NCBI GenBank assembly: GCA_048128005.1 | Contig: JBEUKZ010000114.1 | Coordinates: 1-64,000, forward strand | Direction of reading: 5' to 3' | DNA from: Veleropilina oligotropha | Taxonomy: Eukaryota | Length of the DNA: 64,000 nt | Part shown: positions 13,480-25,957 of the stretch, piece by piece | Numbering within the stretch: the first letter of the stretch is position 1 | How the letters are laid out: every line of letters begins with the position of its first letter | The notes under the pieces: generated by a model | Databases searched by the model: none | Told to the model about the DNA's origin: nothing | Seen by the model: only the letters and a program-made list of their open reading frames with translations | Position numbers and translations under genes: made by a program

Positions 13480-14531
13480 TTCTCGTAATCCTTAAACTTA
13501 ACCAAGTGGTAAATTTCTTATCATTATGATAAGCAAAACCAGATATTAATCTAAACACCGAGATATTAACAAATGAAAGTTTGCCTTGCGACCATCTTTT
13601 AAAATGGCCACCAATGGTGATATATACACACCTCATGGAACATATTACATAAATGCCATAGTTGGGTATAGACGTGAGAACGATGCCTCTATGAACATCA
13701 CAGTTCGATATATGAGCAAAAATGTGTTTGGTTTGGTTAAATTTTAAGGTGACTTCCACCTTCAAAACACCCAATTACTAAATAGTTTTCTAGTCTTGTT
13801 TAGTGAGTACGATAACTTGTGTGTAGACACCAGAATCTTGTTCATATGGCTCTCGAGGTTCAAAATACTAGCAGATGAAATTTTACTTGGCCGCCAAAAA
13901 GTTGCCAAAACGTGAGAAAACCATACACCCCCCCCGCCTGGAACTCATCAATGACGTGTCATAGTTAAATAATCAGCAGTAAAAAACTTATACCGAGATT
14001 TTTGGGTTAGGCTAAAAATCAGATTCTGACTACTGGACTATTAGCTCTTTGGATGGCGCACGCATTTGGCGGTCATTTTGAAAGTTAAAATGACGTCCAG
14101 CCTCTACCACATCATTCAGTGTTATTATTGTGGATCTCGCCATGTTCACTGAGTATGAAAACATGAGTATAGACGGCAGAATGATGCCTCTATGAACATC
14201 ACAGTTCGAGATATGAGCAAAAACGTGTTTGGTTTGCAACCATTTTGAATTTTAAGGTGACTCCGTCCACTAAAACACCCAATATTACTAAATAGTATTC
14301 TAATCTTGCTTATTGAATATGAAAATATGTGTGTAAACACCATAATATTGTCCATATGTCTCTCGGGGATCAAGATATTAGCAGATGAAATTTTACATGG
14401 CCACAAAGTCGCCCAAGGGTGAGATATCCACACCCCCCTGAAACATATTACATACATGCTATAGATGGATAATCAACACTAAAAAAAACTTATACCGAGA
14501 GTTTTGGGTTTGGCACCCGACTACCAGACTA
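13480..14531 (+). repeat. tandem ~490-bp Academ-type terminal repeat units
   Basis: Two related units ending GACTACTGGACTA (~14040) and GACTACCAGACTA (14531); ..CTA terminus and AAAATGGC motifs as at 33172-34218. Confidence 0.6.
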
Positions 14532-14544
14532 CAACGTAGTGTGT

Positions 14545-14705
14545 TGGTTCAACTTAGGCCGAAACTCAACTACCAGGATCCTCTTCTCCGAAACGACACG
14601 GGACGCCACCCATGACAAACAGGTGGCAACCATTTGGGGGGAGGGGATCTTACCCCTCTGCAGGGAGAGAGCAGTCGGCAAATTATAACCCCATACCGAC
14701 AGGGG
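14545..14705 (-). mobile_element. probable 5' UTR fragment of an RTE-type LINE, highly structured
   Basis: Minus strand CCCTGTCGG..CCGACTGC..CTGCAGAGGGGTAAGATCCCCT..GCCACCTG..TGGGTGGC; resembles RTE 5' ends recalled from other lophotrochozoans (not verified). Confidence 0.45.
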
Positions 14706-14907
14706 TACCATGGACACATTACAGGCCCTCACTAATAACAACAACATCGTGGATTTCTTTATGCTTTTAGTTTTGCCATATCGTATAATATTATTATCTA
14801 CACAATCATATAGGAAGTCAATGACTGGCAGTCCCGAAACACATCCAAAAATAATATTGAAGATGTGTGGCGTCAAGTTGCTTAGCGTGATGGTTGCTGG
14901 TGTGTGA

Positions 14908-16670
14908 CCTGGGACTATTATAAGAGGGATTGGAAGCTCTGGCCAATTAGCCGAATCGCCATCAATAATGTGGTACTCGCTATTGTTCTCGTATTTACCG
15001 CACTGCGCATGTGCGTAGTGGGCTTTGGCTTTGTGACAAAACTATTTTATCCCCAATTAGGAACAATGCGGTAAATTATAACAGTTTGAATTCACAAAAT
15101 ACCTATTAAACACGAAATTCGATTAACACAACATATGATAACGATTTTATTTTTTTAATTATTTTAATTTGTACGGTATTCAAACTAAATATATTGCATA
15201 ATTATTTATTATAAATAAAATTCAATTCAACCAATTATTGAAAGCGATCTATGTTAATCGTTAAATAAATTGATTGGGCAATTAAAATATAAATAAGTTC
15301 TAATGAATTTATCTTTATTACTGAATCGGATCCATATAAATGGCCCCAACTACTTTTCTAATGGTTATCAAAACAAACGTTTATATGCAATAGAGACTAT
15401 AAAGGTAGCCACTAATTGCATTTCATTCTATGTTTTGCTTTACATGTTGTTATAATGTACAAGCGGTCAGTAATTTGTCTGCTCAATAACAATGGGGACA
15501 ACTTAAAGTTGGCACTATAATGAAGTATTATTGAAACGGACCATGTTACAAGTTAGACACCTTTGATAAGCTATTTTAAGACGTAAATAATTTAATTAAA
15601 TCTTCGTTTTATTTCCCTGTACAATAGCCGAGTCGATGTAATCAGTGTAAATTAGAAAAAAAGGTGAAAATATTCCATAATAAAATGCAACAAATAAAGA
15701 AGATAGTCCATCACAAAATGAATATCAACGCTTGACATATTTAAGAAAATTGGTCGTTTTAAAATGCAAATATGTGCTATAAATCTTCGTTATATTTCAC
15801 TACGCAATAGATGAGTTCAAGCAATTGAAAGCAAATAAAAAGATGGTGCAAATATCAAAAAGTATAATGTAACAGCTGGCGAGGAGAAGAAGTTGCAAAA
15901 TCGAGTACTTTGCACTGTGAACCTCACAACATTATCTTTGAGAAGGATAAGAGGTGATATGATTCAGGTTTTTAAAATGTTTACAGGAAAAGTCAACGTT
16001 GACAATAGTTTCTTTTTTCAGATGAACCAAAGGCATACCCGGGGGCATCAATACAAGATTTACAAAAAACGATTCCGACTAGACGTTAGAAAACACTTTT
16101 TCTCAAATCGGGTTGTCGATGAATGGAATGCTCTTCCTAATAATGTAGTGGAATCGACATCTGTAAACCAATTTAAAAATCGCCTAGATGAGCATTTTAA
16201 GAAGAAGGGCAGGTTATAGAGGACAAGACAACTCAATGGGTTTTTATATGAGTGGCAGTAATGCGCTTTCTAAACCCAAACAAATTCTATTTAATTCTAT
16301 TTAATTAACGTTGAACATATTCAGGAAATATCGTCATTTTAAAATGCAATTATACGATATAAATCTTCGTCAAATTTCACTTCACAATAGAAGAGTCGAA
16401 GCAATAGGATATAAATAAAATGATGGGCAAGATATTCAAAAGTAAAATGTAGCAGCTGACGAGGAGAAGAGGTTGCAAAATGTACTATTTTCCATTCGAA
16501 AGCTTTCTCATCGACGCCATTTCGATTCGAAAATAGTCTAGTCACAAAGCCAAAGCCCACTACGCACATGCGCAGTGCGCTAAACACGAGAACAATAGCG
16601 AGTACCACATTATTGATCGCGAGTCGGCTAATTGGCCAGAGCTTCCAGTCCCTCTTATAATAGTCCCAGG
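14908..16670. mobile_element. non-autonomous TIR DNA transposon, ~140-bp TIRs, TGA TSD, internal ~183-bp tandem repeats
   Basis: CCTGGGACTATTATAAGAGGGA at 14908 and its reverse complement ending at 16670; TGA at 14905-14907 and 16671-16673. Confidence 0.88.
15902..16306 (+). mobile_element. 5'-truncated CR1-clade LINE 3' end
   Basis: LRRIRGDMIQVFK, TRGHQYKI, RKHFFSNRVVDEWNALP, FKNRLD; (TTCTATTTAA)2 tail; interrupts the host 183-bp array. Confidence 0.88.
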
Positions 16671-16757
16671 TGACGAATCGCACAGTGGGTTGCTATTGAA
16701 TGGTATCCAAACCGAGGCTGTGATCTCTATCTGGTTCGTCAATGATCCGAAAATATT

Positions 16758-18390
16758 ATTAGGGCTTCAAGCTCTTTCAAGCTTGAAGCCCTATTGAAAT
16801 TGTACCGGTTATTATTCTTATTCTGACGTTTTTTGTGGGCACTTTAGCGCGAAAACGGCTATAGCTACAGCTTTCAAAATTCATGTGTGCTTGGGCACAT
16901 CATTGAAGCATTGCCTCGTTCTATTTTCAAGTTTCTGGATTTTATGCTTTGGTCGTAATCTTCAATTTTGTAAAACAATATGACCTCTTTTCAAAAACGA
17001 TATAAGTCTTACACGGCTTTCGAGATCGAGACAAAATCTTCAAAGGCATGATCTAGACTATTGAGACAACAATCTCCTGGAAATGAAATTTTCATTTTTT
17101 CAATGCTAAGATCGCTACGGGCGTCCTAATCTTGACAAAATTAAAAATGACCTCTTTTCAAAAACGATATAAGTCTTACACGGCTTTCGAGATCGAGACA
17201 AAATCTTCAAAGGCATGATCTAGACTATTGATACAACAATCTCTTGGAAATGAAATTTTCATTTTCAATGCTAAGATCGCTACGGGCGTCCTAATCTTGA
17301 CAAAATTTTGAAGTTTTTTCAATTTTTCATTTCTGCAGTATTAGCCAATAAATGCCATGGTTTCGTCGCAATCTTTGATTTTTTGAAAACATTAAAATGC
17401 GCTTTTCTCAGAACTGAGTAGCATGATCTTATCGACACTTGGTAGTTTTGACAAAGCATTATATCGGTATATGTTGTTCTAATGGAATACTTTGTGAGAC
17501 AAATTAAAAAGGAGTTATGAAGACATTAAATTTAATATTAAATTGACTGTAACTTCTTTAATTTTCATTTATATGAAACGTGACGCAATTCATTTTATTC
17601 GTATCGAAAATATCTAATGTAATATCTATAGAATACATCGCTAAAATGAGTTGCTTGAGAGTTATTAGACTTAGTTTTTTTAGATGAATATTGCTTCATA
17701 GCGCCTCTAAAAATCGTCCTTTTTCTTCCAGATTTTCGCATAAAATATACTATATACAGATCGTTATATTAGAGAATTGTGACAAGAATACAATAAGTAC
17801 TTTCATTGTTTAAAAAATACTATTTTAATTCCTCGTCTCATTTCGGCGCGACCAGCTCAGTGCTAATTGCCTTATCAGATGAAGTAGGCAGTTTATGAGC
17901 CTGTCTCTTTGAGGTGTCATAAAGCCGCGCGGCAACCCTGTCCAGTGGACAGCAAGGCCCTTGAGAAGTTCTGCTATCAGGCTTAAGTAAACATTTAGCC
18001 AACAGAAGGCTACATGATTCATTAACTGTTAATATATGGTGAAAACATTGATATTCTGTTGGTCAGTCCAGTTGCGCATTCATTATTATAGATACTTCTT
18101 AATTTCCATCATAGGTTAATGCACAAGATAATAGATTTCATAGCATCTAGGTTTCAAAATTTTCCGGCCCCCCTATCACTTTCGGCGTAGAAATCTAAGA
18201 TTGGCGGCATTCGATTCAGAGTGGCCATATGTATATCTTAAAATATAAAAAATATTATTTTAAATTTAGTATTTTTTTGTAATTTTTTTATTTTTTTTTA
18301 AATTAAACTTGTGTATTTTTTTGTATTTTACGTCTTTTTTTTATTTCGTTTATCTGATTGAAGCCCTCACAGCTGCTCGCAGCTTTAATT
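16758..18390 (-). mobile_element. Helentron/HINE-like non-autonomous element
   Basis: Terminal hairpin AGGGCTTCAAGC..GCTTGAAGCCCT, subterminal TGAAGCCCT plus small hairpin at the other end, internal ~168-bp tandem duplication (16980-17310). Confidence 0.7.
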
Positions 18391-19687
18391 ATTTTTGGAT
18401 TACTAGTATGCGGTAATAGCAAATTTCACATACGTTATGATTATTTTTCAGCAAATCTTTTTTCTTTTGAAAGAATATGCTATCTGCTGGTCATTTCTTT
18501 TATTTACCGAACTTATACTTTGTTCTTGAAAATACATTTAATGTTTAAATTCGTCAATATTTAGCAAATACGTAACATCGAAATTTAGCGAGAAGACGGC
18601 GATACGTTTACTGTATTTGTTCAGGTGTTGTGACAAGCGCAGATATTTCTAGATTTAGTTCATCTAATTAAGACCAGGCATGCAACATGCGGTCATATTA
18701 ATTTCGTTAGACCGTCGATACTAAGTTGCATGCTGAAACAACACACATGTTAAACATGGCAGCTTCTTGGTAACAAATTCTTGAAGCGCTTGAGTAGCTG
18801 TAAATAAGAATTGACAAGAAAAGGAAAATATTGAGATTTACCTCATTAAAGAAACGTCAACACATATCTCTTCAGTAACCAGGTTCACCGGTAACGAGGT
18901 TGACTCGGTTTAAACTTAGAAGCAACGCCAATGGTATGCGATATTATTGCATAGAAGCATTACGGTTTCACCCAGTGAGACCACACGCGCGTGTCGTGAT
19001 ATTGGTTTCGTATCTTGTCGTGACATCATGTTGGCAGAATCCCATCATGTAGAGGATCAATGTGTACGCCTGACATATGCTTCTTTAGTTATGATACACG
19101 TCCTGTTTTCATGCTATTAATAATTGAAGTTGACCCATACCATGCCTATTATTAAGAATTATTTTATATCATATGACGCCCCCTTTCAGAAACTTTTGCC
19201 GATCTGTGGTTTCCAAATGTATCAGACACGAATAAAAAACCTTATCTGCTTTTATCCATATAATAATTGCTAAATGAGTAACCGGGATTTCGACTTGACA
19301 AGATATTACTTCCATTTGCACTGAAGAGGCATTCTCGGTGGTTGAGTGGTTATTTCATTGGATAAACAACAGCGGCTGTTAGGTGAGAATGTGCTCTATA
19401 TTCCGGGCAGATCGCAATGATACCTTAACCCGAGTGTCCCGACCTCGATAATTGTTGATAAAATGTTGGCGACAAATCAATTGTTTGGAATTATCCTTTG
19501 AATATCAAGTCTTATGTAAAAAAAATCGATAAGCGTGCCCACACGCTAAAATATGAAGTAACATACGTTTGATTTGAAAATTTCACACGTTTATGTATAA
19601 TAATTATAAAGTTTTAAATTTATAAATATTGTTTCTTTTCGACATTCGTCCAATTTGGCATTTCAAAAGGTTGGCTGGTTGGCAATT

Positions 19688-19845
19688 TTGTTTTACGACC
19701 ACTTTGACTATTTTTCAGCCTTAACGCAGTCGGGAAAGTCAGTTTAAGGTCTCCCTCCGATCTATCCGACATATAATTGAGATACGCCCTCCTGTCTGTC
19801 TCGGTTCAGTGTCTGATGCTCTATCCACTCACCCGCCGAAGCAGT
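19688..19845 (-). mobile_element. degenerate SINE (family B-like)
   Basis: Tail CCCGACTGCGTTAAGGCTGAAAAATAGTCAAAGTGGTCGTAAAACAA matches 48377-48425; tRNA-like head GAGTGGATAGAGC. Confidence 0.55.
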
Positions 19846-20945
19846 TGGCGTTTCAAAACAACATTTGCATGTGGAAATACTAGTGTAAATAATACCACAA
19901 CATAATTTCATAGTTACGAGAAATATAGATAATACTGATTCTTGGTAAGTTTAGTAATCTAGTCAGAACCTTGCTATGGTACTAATAAATTATTTGAAAG
20001 CGAGACGAAGCATAATTTGGAAATTCCAGTGTTCAGACGATTGTCTGCAAAGCTTGGCGACTAATAAATTAAGCTGATCGTTCATAGCACCCAGACTAGA
20101 TCGTATTCTCTTATCGGTGAATTAATCGTATACGTTTAATCCAAGTCACGCTATACATATGGAGATTAAGGTGTACGGTTATACTGAACAACGCATGTGT
20201 TTATAATATATTCGATTTGTTTTGCAGACAAATGCAACCATCTCAGTAGCTTTTCGCTAGATAACGTACAATTTACCTTGGTACCGTTTGAGCAAATGTG
20301 TAGTCACAATTGAATAATTCATATTTACTTACATTGCCAAACGACATGATTCTAATTAATTGGTGCCCTGGAAACGTTGGATATAGTTTCAACTGTGTTG
20401 ATGTGCAACTGAAGTGCAGTATTCAGATGAACTATTTGCAAAATATAAAATGTGCTGAATTCAATAGAAGTAATTTGTATAGCAACTATTTTAAACAGCA
20501 AATGGATATTTCGAGACTACATCTTCATTCGAACATCAAAGTATTTATCAATAAAAGCTTGGACATTTAGCAAAGAGAACTGTGATTTTTTTATCTCAAC
20601 GGGGAGATAAGTCCCCGATGTTATAAGGTCGAAAAGGTAATACAGTAGATATACTGTTTTACCCTTATCGCATTAAGGACACATATATACTAGAGTGCCT
20701 ACTTTATAGACGGACAGGGCTTAATAAACAACTAAACCGTTACTGCAATGCAAACATACATACAAAATACATTATGATAACAAAACAATGAAGAAACAAA
20801 CAAAAATGTGATCAAGGTGTCACAAATAAACAAAGCATAACCTAAACTGTGATCCAGGTGTCACCAAAAAAGTATATACAAATAAGCGGGCGCAGGACAA
20901 GTCGGACCAATGCAGAGACAAGTGTCGCTATTAAATAAACTAGAT

Positions 20946-21620
20946 AACAAGTGATGGGGTGCCATCACAGTGGGCCCCGCTCCACCAATATAACTCGATA
21001 AACATTCACATGTGAGCAATAATTGTTATATATGAAAAATAGAAGATACATTTACATTGACCATTTGATGAAGCTTATGCTGTTGATACTCCAAATTCAT
21101 TATGCACTGGATATTTCCAACATAAACGCTATACATGATGATATTGTGTCACAAACTGTTACCTCTCTCACCTTGATGTATCTGTAGTCAGAGACAGACA
21201 GAAACTAAACATTAAATCATATGAAAAAATGAACTATTTAATACCAAATGTAAACTTTAACCAAACACCTTAACCAAGATATTTTATGAAAAATTCCCCT
21301 CCAATATCCATTAAACATGTCAAATTCCTTTCAATAATACCGAAATTCAATAAAGTTTTATTTCCTTTTAAAATAATAATTAAATAAAATATGAAAATCA
21401 CAATAACATTAAAATCTCTTTAAAAGTCAAAAGTGTTTTGTCCTTAACCTTAAGATTGGGCAAATGAACATGTAACCTGGAACCTTAACCTGAAGATTGG
21501 GCAAAAGAAACTTTAACCTGGGACCTCGATGCTGGGATGCACGGACGGACGGACGGACGGACGGACGGACGGAAAGACGGAAAAGGTGATCACTATAGGC
21601 CTCCCTGCGGGGCCCTAATA
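20946..21620 (+). mobile_element. Helentron/HINE-like non-autonomous element
   Basis: AACAAG start, subterminal GGGCCCCGC and GCGGGGCCC, (GGAC)n microsatellite, terminal hairpin. Confidence 0.7.
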
Positions 21621-21695
21621 ACAAGAACGATACAATCACCCTAAACTTGATTCCTTTGGCGGCGACATGTTATCCATGAGCTGTGCACGCTAGAA

Positions 21696-21896
21696 TTGCA
21701 GTTGGTCCACAAATCAAAAGAATGTACAAAGACCAGCCATTGTTCATGTGGACAGCCAGATGATGTGGAACAAATGGTCGGTTGTGATAGTGCGGACTGC
21801 CCACAAGAGTGGTATCATTGGTCATGTGTGGGGATTAAGGTCAAGCCACGAGTGAAACAGTGGTCTTGTCCTGCGAATGAATGTCGCAGAAAATAA
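21696..21896 (+). pseudogene. PHD-finger coding remnant, probably the C-terminus of the ISL2EU second (YqaJ-type) gene
   Basis: CSCGQPDDVEQMVGCDSADCPQEWYHWSCVGIKVKPRVKQWSCPANEC fits C4HC3 PHD; converges on the transposase; no ATG or upstream exons seen. Confidence 0.7.
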
Positions 21897-22124
21897 ACGT
21901 TCAACTTGTATAATTATTTATGTAAATAAATTGCATATCTATATATCAACCAATACTGTAAAAGGTAATTAATTTATGTATTAAATACTCATTTAAATAT
22001 ATCTGGTTTTATTTTGATGAGTGTCCTTCTACGAATACTGGCTGGTTGCTGTAGTGAAGACCGTCTGATTAAATGGATGGATTAAAATAATGCTTAATAT
22101 CCTGTATACTCATTTAATAGGTTC

Positions 22125-22275
22125 GAGGCAGAATATCGCGGGAGGAAAGCTTGGCTATACCAGTCCTCTTCGGCCAGCTACGGACAACGGTGATTCATAA
22201 CTGAACAAATATTAATAATCCCCCGGCAGATGATCGATCTCATTACTGATTACTGTTCGTGTCAGAATAACAAAG
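22125..22275 (-). mobile_element. degenerate SINE family A fragment
   Basis: ATCGCGGGAGGAAA..CTCTTCGGCCAG..CGGACAAC.GTGATTCATAACTGAACAAAT matches 5739-5825. Confidence 0.7.
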
Positions 22276-22514
22276 CCAGTCAAGCTCAATAGTACAAATA
22301 TTCACTTGACAAAAAACTTTTATTTCACGATAAATAAATATGACAATGCAGTAACATCTTGGCACATTACATCTATACATACATGACATATGTTTGGGCT
22401 GTCAAAATGTTTAAGGATAATGGAAACACTTTATACATACTAATGACAATACACTCGAGATCGGGCAGATGTGTGCAAAAAAACAACACGTCATAAACAG
22501 TTAACAGTAATAGT

Positions 22515-25500
22515 TCATTTATTATAAACAATGCTACTATGCAGATTTGCAAGAATCGAACACACACTGATAAGCTTGTCTGCGCTGGTGAGGTCAATAT
22601 CATCCGCTTCATCCTTCAGAGACTTTATTAGTCGTAGTGAGAGTGTTCCCTGGAGAATTGCAAATCTATTCTTGATTGCGCCAATCACACGTTCAATGTG
22701 TATTCTCACCGAAGAAACCTGGCGAGACGTTTCTATGTCATTCGATGAAAACTGATCTTTACCTTTAATGAAAGCAGGTGTAATGAGGCTGACACCGGCT
22801 AAAGCAGGTGTAATGAAGCTGACACCGGCTAAAGCAGGTGTAATGAGGCCGACACCGGCTAAAGCAGGTGTGATGAGGCTGACACCGGCTAAAGCAGGTG
22901 TAATGAGGCCGACACCGGCTAAAGAAGGTGTAATGAGGCCGACACCGGCTAAAGCAGGTGTAATGAGGCCGACACCGGCTAAAGCAGGTGTAATGAGGCC
23001 GACACCGGCTAAAGCAGGTGTAATGAGGCTGACACCGGCTAAAGCAGGTGTAATGAGGCCGACACCGGCTAAAGCAGGTGTAATGAGGCCGACACCGGCT
23101 AAAGCAGGTGTAATGAGGCTGACACCGGCAAAAGCAGGTGTAATGAGGCCGACACCGGCTAAAGCAGGTGTGATGAGGCCGACACCGGCTAAAGCAGGTG
23201 TAATGAGACCGACACCGGCTAAAGCAGGTGTAATGAGGCCGACACCGGCTAAAGCAGGTGTAATGAGGCCGACACCGGCTAAAGCAGGTGTAATGAGGCC
23301 GACACCGGCTAAAGCAGGTGTAATGAGGCCGACACCGGCTAAAGCAGGTGTAATGAGGCCGACACCGGCTAAAGCAGGTGTAATGAGGCCGACACCGGCT
23401 AAAGCAGGTGTAATGAGGCCGACACCGGCTAAAGCAGGTGTAATGAGGCCGACACCGGCTAAAGCAGGTGCAATGAGGCCGACACCGGCTAAATCAGGTG
23501 CAATGAGGCCAACACCGGCTAAAGCAGGTGTAATGAGGCCGACACCGGCTAAAGCAGGTGTAATGAGGCCGACACCGGCTAAAGCAGGTGTAATGAGGCC
23601 GACACCGACTAAAGCTGGTGTAATGAGGCCGACACCGGCTAAAGCAGGTGTAATGAGGCCGACACCGGCTAAAGCAGGTGTAATGAGGCCGACACCGGCT
23701 AAAGCAGGTGTAATGAGGCTGACACCGGCTAAAGCAGGTGTAATGAGGCCGACACCGGCTAAAGCAGGTGATGAGGCCGACACCGGCTAAAGCAGGTGTG
23801 ATGAGGCCGACACTGGCTAAAGCAGGTGTAATGAGGCCGACACCGGCTAAAGCAGGTGTAATGAGGCTGACACCGGCTAAAGCAGGTGTAATGAGGCCGA
23901 CACCAGCTAAAGCAGGTGTAATGAGGCTGACACCGGCTAAAGCAGGTGTAATGAGGCCGACACCGGCTAAAGCAGGTGTAATGAGGCTGACACCGGCTAA
24001 AGCAGGTGTAATGAGGCTGACACCAGCTAAAGCAGGTGTAATGAGGCCGACACCGGCTAAAGCAGGTGTAATGAGGCCGACACCAGCTAAAGCAGGTGTA
24101 ATGAGGCTGACACCGGCTAAAGCAGGTGTAATGAGGCCGACACCGGCTAAAGCTGGTGTAATGAGGCTGACACCGGCTAAAGCAGGTGTAATGAGGCCGA
24201 CACCGGCTAAAGCTGCAAACTCATCTTGCATGGTGAAGCCTGGATCTGCCAGAATTTGGTCTCCAGGCAGGTGGGTTGGGTTGGTCATAAATCCACTTTT
24301 TCTTACAATTTCTAGGTCACTGGCGCAACCCCCCCCCATGCCTTGGACAACAAATACACCGCACCAAGTGGTGTACATCCAATCAAAAATTTGATAGTGG
24401 TGTGTTTTTTGTAGTTAGACCAGAGTTGTGCTCTGGCCTTGAGATTGCCTGGTGCTTCCACAAATATTTCAAAACAATCGATAATACAAGTCAGTTTTGA
24501 GTATAAAATCTTCATGTTTGGTGGGATTACTTTGTGGATGTAATCACGATCCGGCCAAGACCCCAGCCAGTCCAACTTGGCATGGATAATATCGATCCAT
24601 TTCCAAAACTGGTCAATCATCGTTGATTGTGAAATGCCTGCCTGATCTGCCAGGTATTCAAACTTTGGATCATGTTTCAGCTTTACCAACGTAAAAAACA
24701 GTTGATCCATACGTGGTATGATAGGAATTCCATTTCCATGGGTGATATCGACTAGAGTCGTACATCCCATGAAATACTGCCCATGACAGACCTGTGTAGA
24801 AGACGCATTTGGTGTCATTGCACTCAACACGATTTACTCCAAAGCGAACTGTATTTAGTCGAGCATTAGTCAAATGAAAGTCAGCCTTAAGTTTGTCCCG
24901 TTCCTGCTGAAGTGTTGAAACTTCATTAAAAATATGTTGCTGATCTGTACCTAAAATATAAAAGGGGCATGTTGTAGTGTGTACGAAGAGTGACATGCCA
25001 ACTTTTAATTAGTTATCTAGAATTATAAGTTAGGATTGTCTTTATATTGTCTATAGTACTCTGGTATACAATATTGATAATTGTTAATTTCAATGTTTAA
25101 ACAATTACGTTGTAATAACATTGTATTTCACACTCCATCTAAAAATCATTTACAGCAAACTAAACCTAATTATTACTATGAAAACACAGAGCCACTATGA
25201 CCTTGACCATATCAATAATTGCAATGTAAGAATCAATGAAATGACAATTCACAGTTATAAGTGCTAAAAAATTCCCCATTCATTCCGTTAACCTATAAAT
25301 GGCTGTACCAATATATTTTCAATTCCGACAGGCCAGAATCAATTACATACTTCTTACCTGATATGACTATTTGGGCAAATGTAGGACCGGACTTGGAAGT
25401 TTCTGGAGTTGGAAGAACTGAAATGTCAGGTGTACACATGTCTGCACTTCTGGGCGTTTCGTCTTTTAAAATCTCAAGCGCTATCAATTCTGTGTCCTCC

Positions 25501-25957
25501 TTCGAAACAGGATAATCTAGCATAATCGATCGCCTCGCCCTGCATTTTATTGTCGTGTTAGTGCAGTTCGCAAAACGTCTTTTCACAGGGCTGGAAAACC
25601 TAAATATAGAGTAATAAAATTTATGTTACCTGCATTACCAATCAAAACAGTAGTGAAATGATAATTTATAGACCTCAATATCAGTTGAGTAAATTACTGT
25701 ACAGTAGTTAATAAATACTGCCAAGATAACACTCACCTTCTGAGTTTCTGTTCAGCTGTCACCACTGGAGTGTTGAAGGCCCATGAAGACTTACTCCCTG
25801 GCATAAATCGCCCGCATGCCAGTGCCTATCTGTCACGTCTCGTTTTTTGCTTATGGCTACTCGGAAATTAAAAAAAAAGATATTTCTGTCTGCCGCTTGT
25901 TTCGTCTTACATCTGACGGTGATTATTACAACTTCCGATAGAACACCACTTCGGCAT
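22515..25957 (-). pseudogene. ISL2EU-type (PIF/Harbinger superfamily) transposase pseudogene: THAP + HTH + DDE_Tnp_4
   Basis: MPKWCSIGSCNN..FP..RR (THAP); phase-1 GT-AG intron 25357-24951; DQLFFTLVKLK (HTH); CIIDCFEIFVEAP..WSNYKKHTTIKFLIG..WGG..SD..ILADPGF..RIHIERVIG; frameshifts near 24760, 24335 and 23770; stops in THAP. Confidence 0.88.
22771..24213. repeat. 30-bp minisatellite, 48 units, inside the transposase coding sequence
   Basis: Unit AAAGCAGGTGTAATGAGGCYGACACCGGCT; one 28-bp unit at 23761-23788. Confidence 0.97.

Noticed and set aside
21696..21896. Host ING-family gene exon
   Set aside because: No other exons seen; its position convergent on the ISL2EU transposase fits a transposon gene better
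22768..24394. Plus-strand MRPTPAKAGV repeat ORFs, or a CRISPR-like array
   Set aside because: Antisense reading of the minisatellite; head-to-tail units with no spacers, in a eukaryotic context
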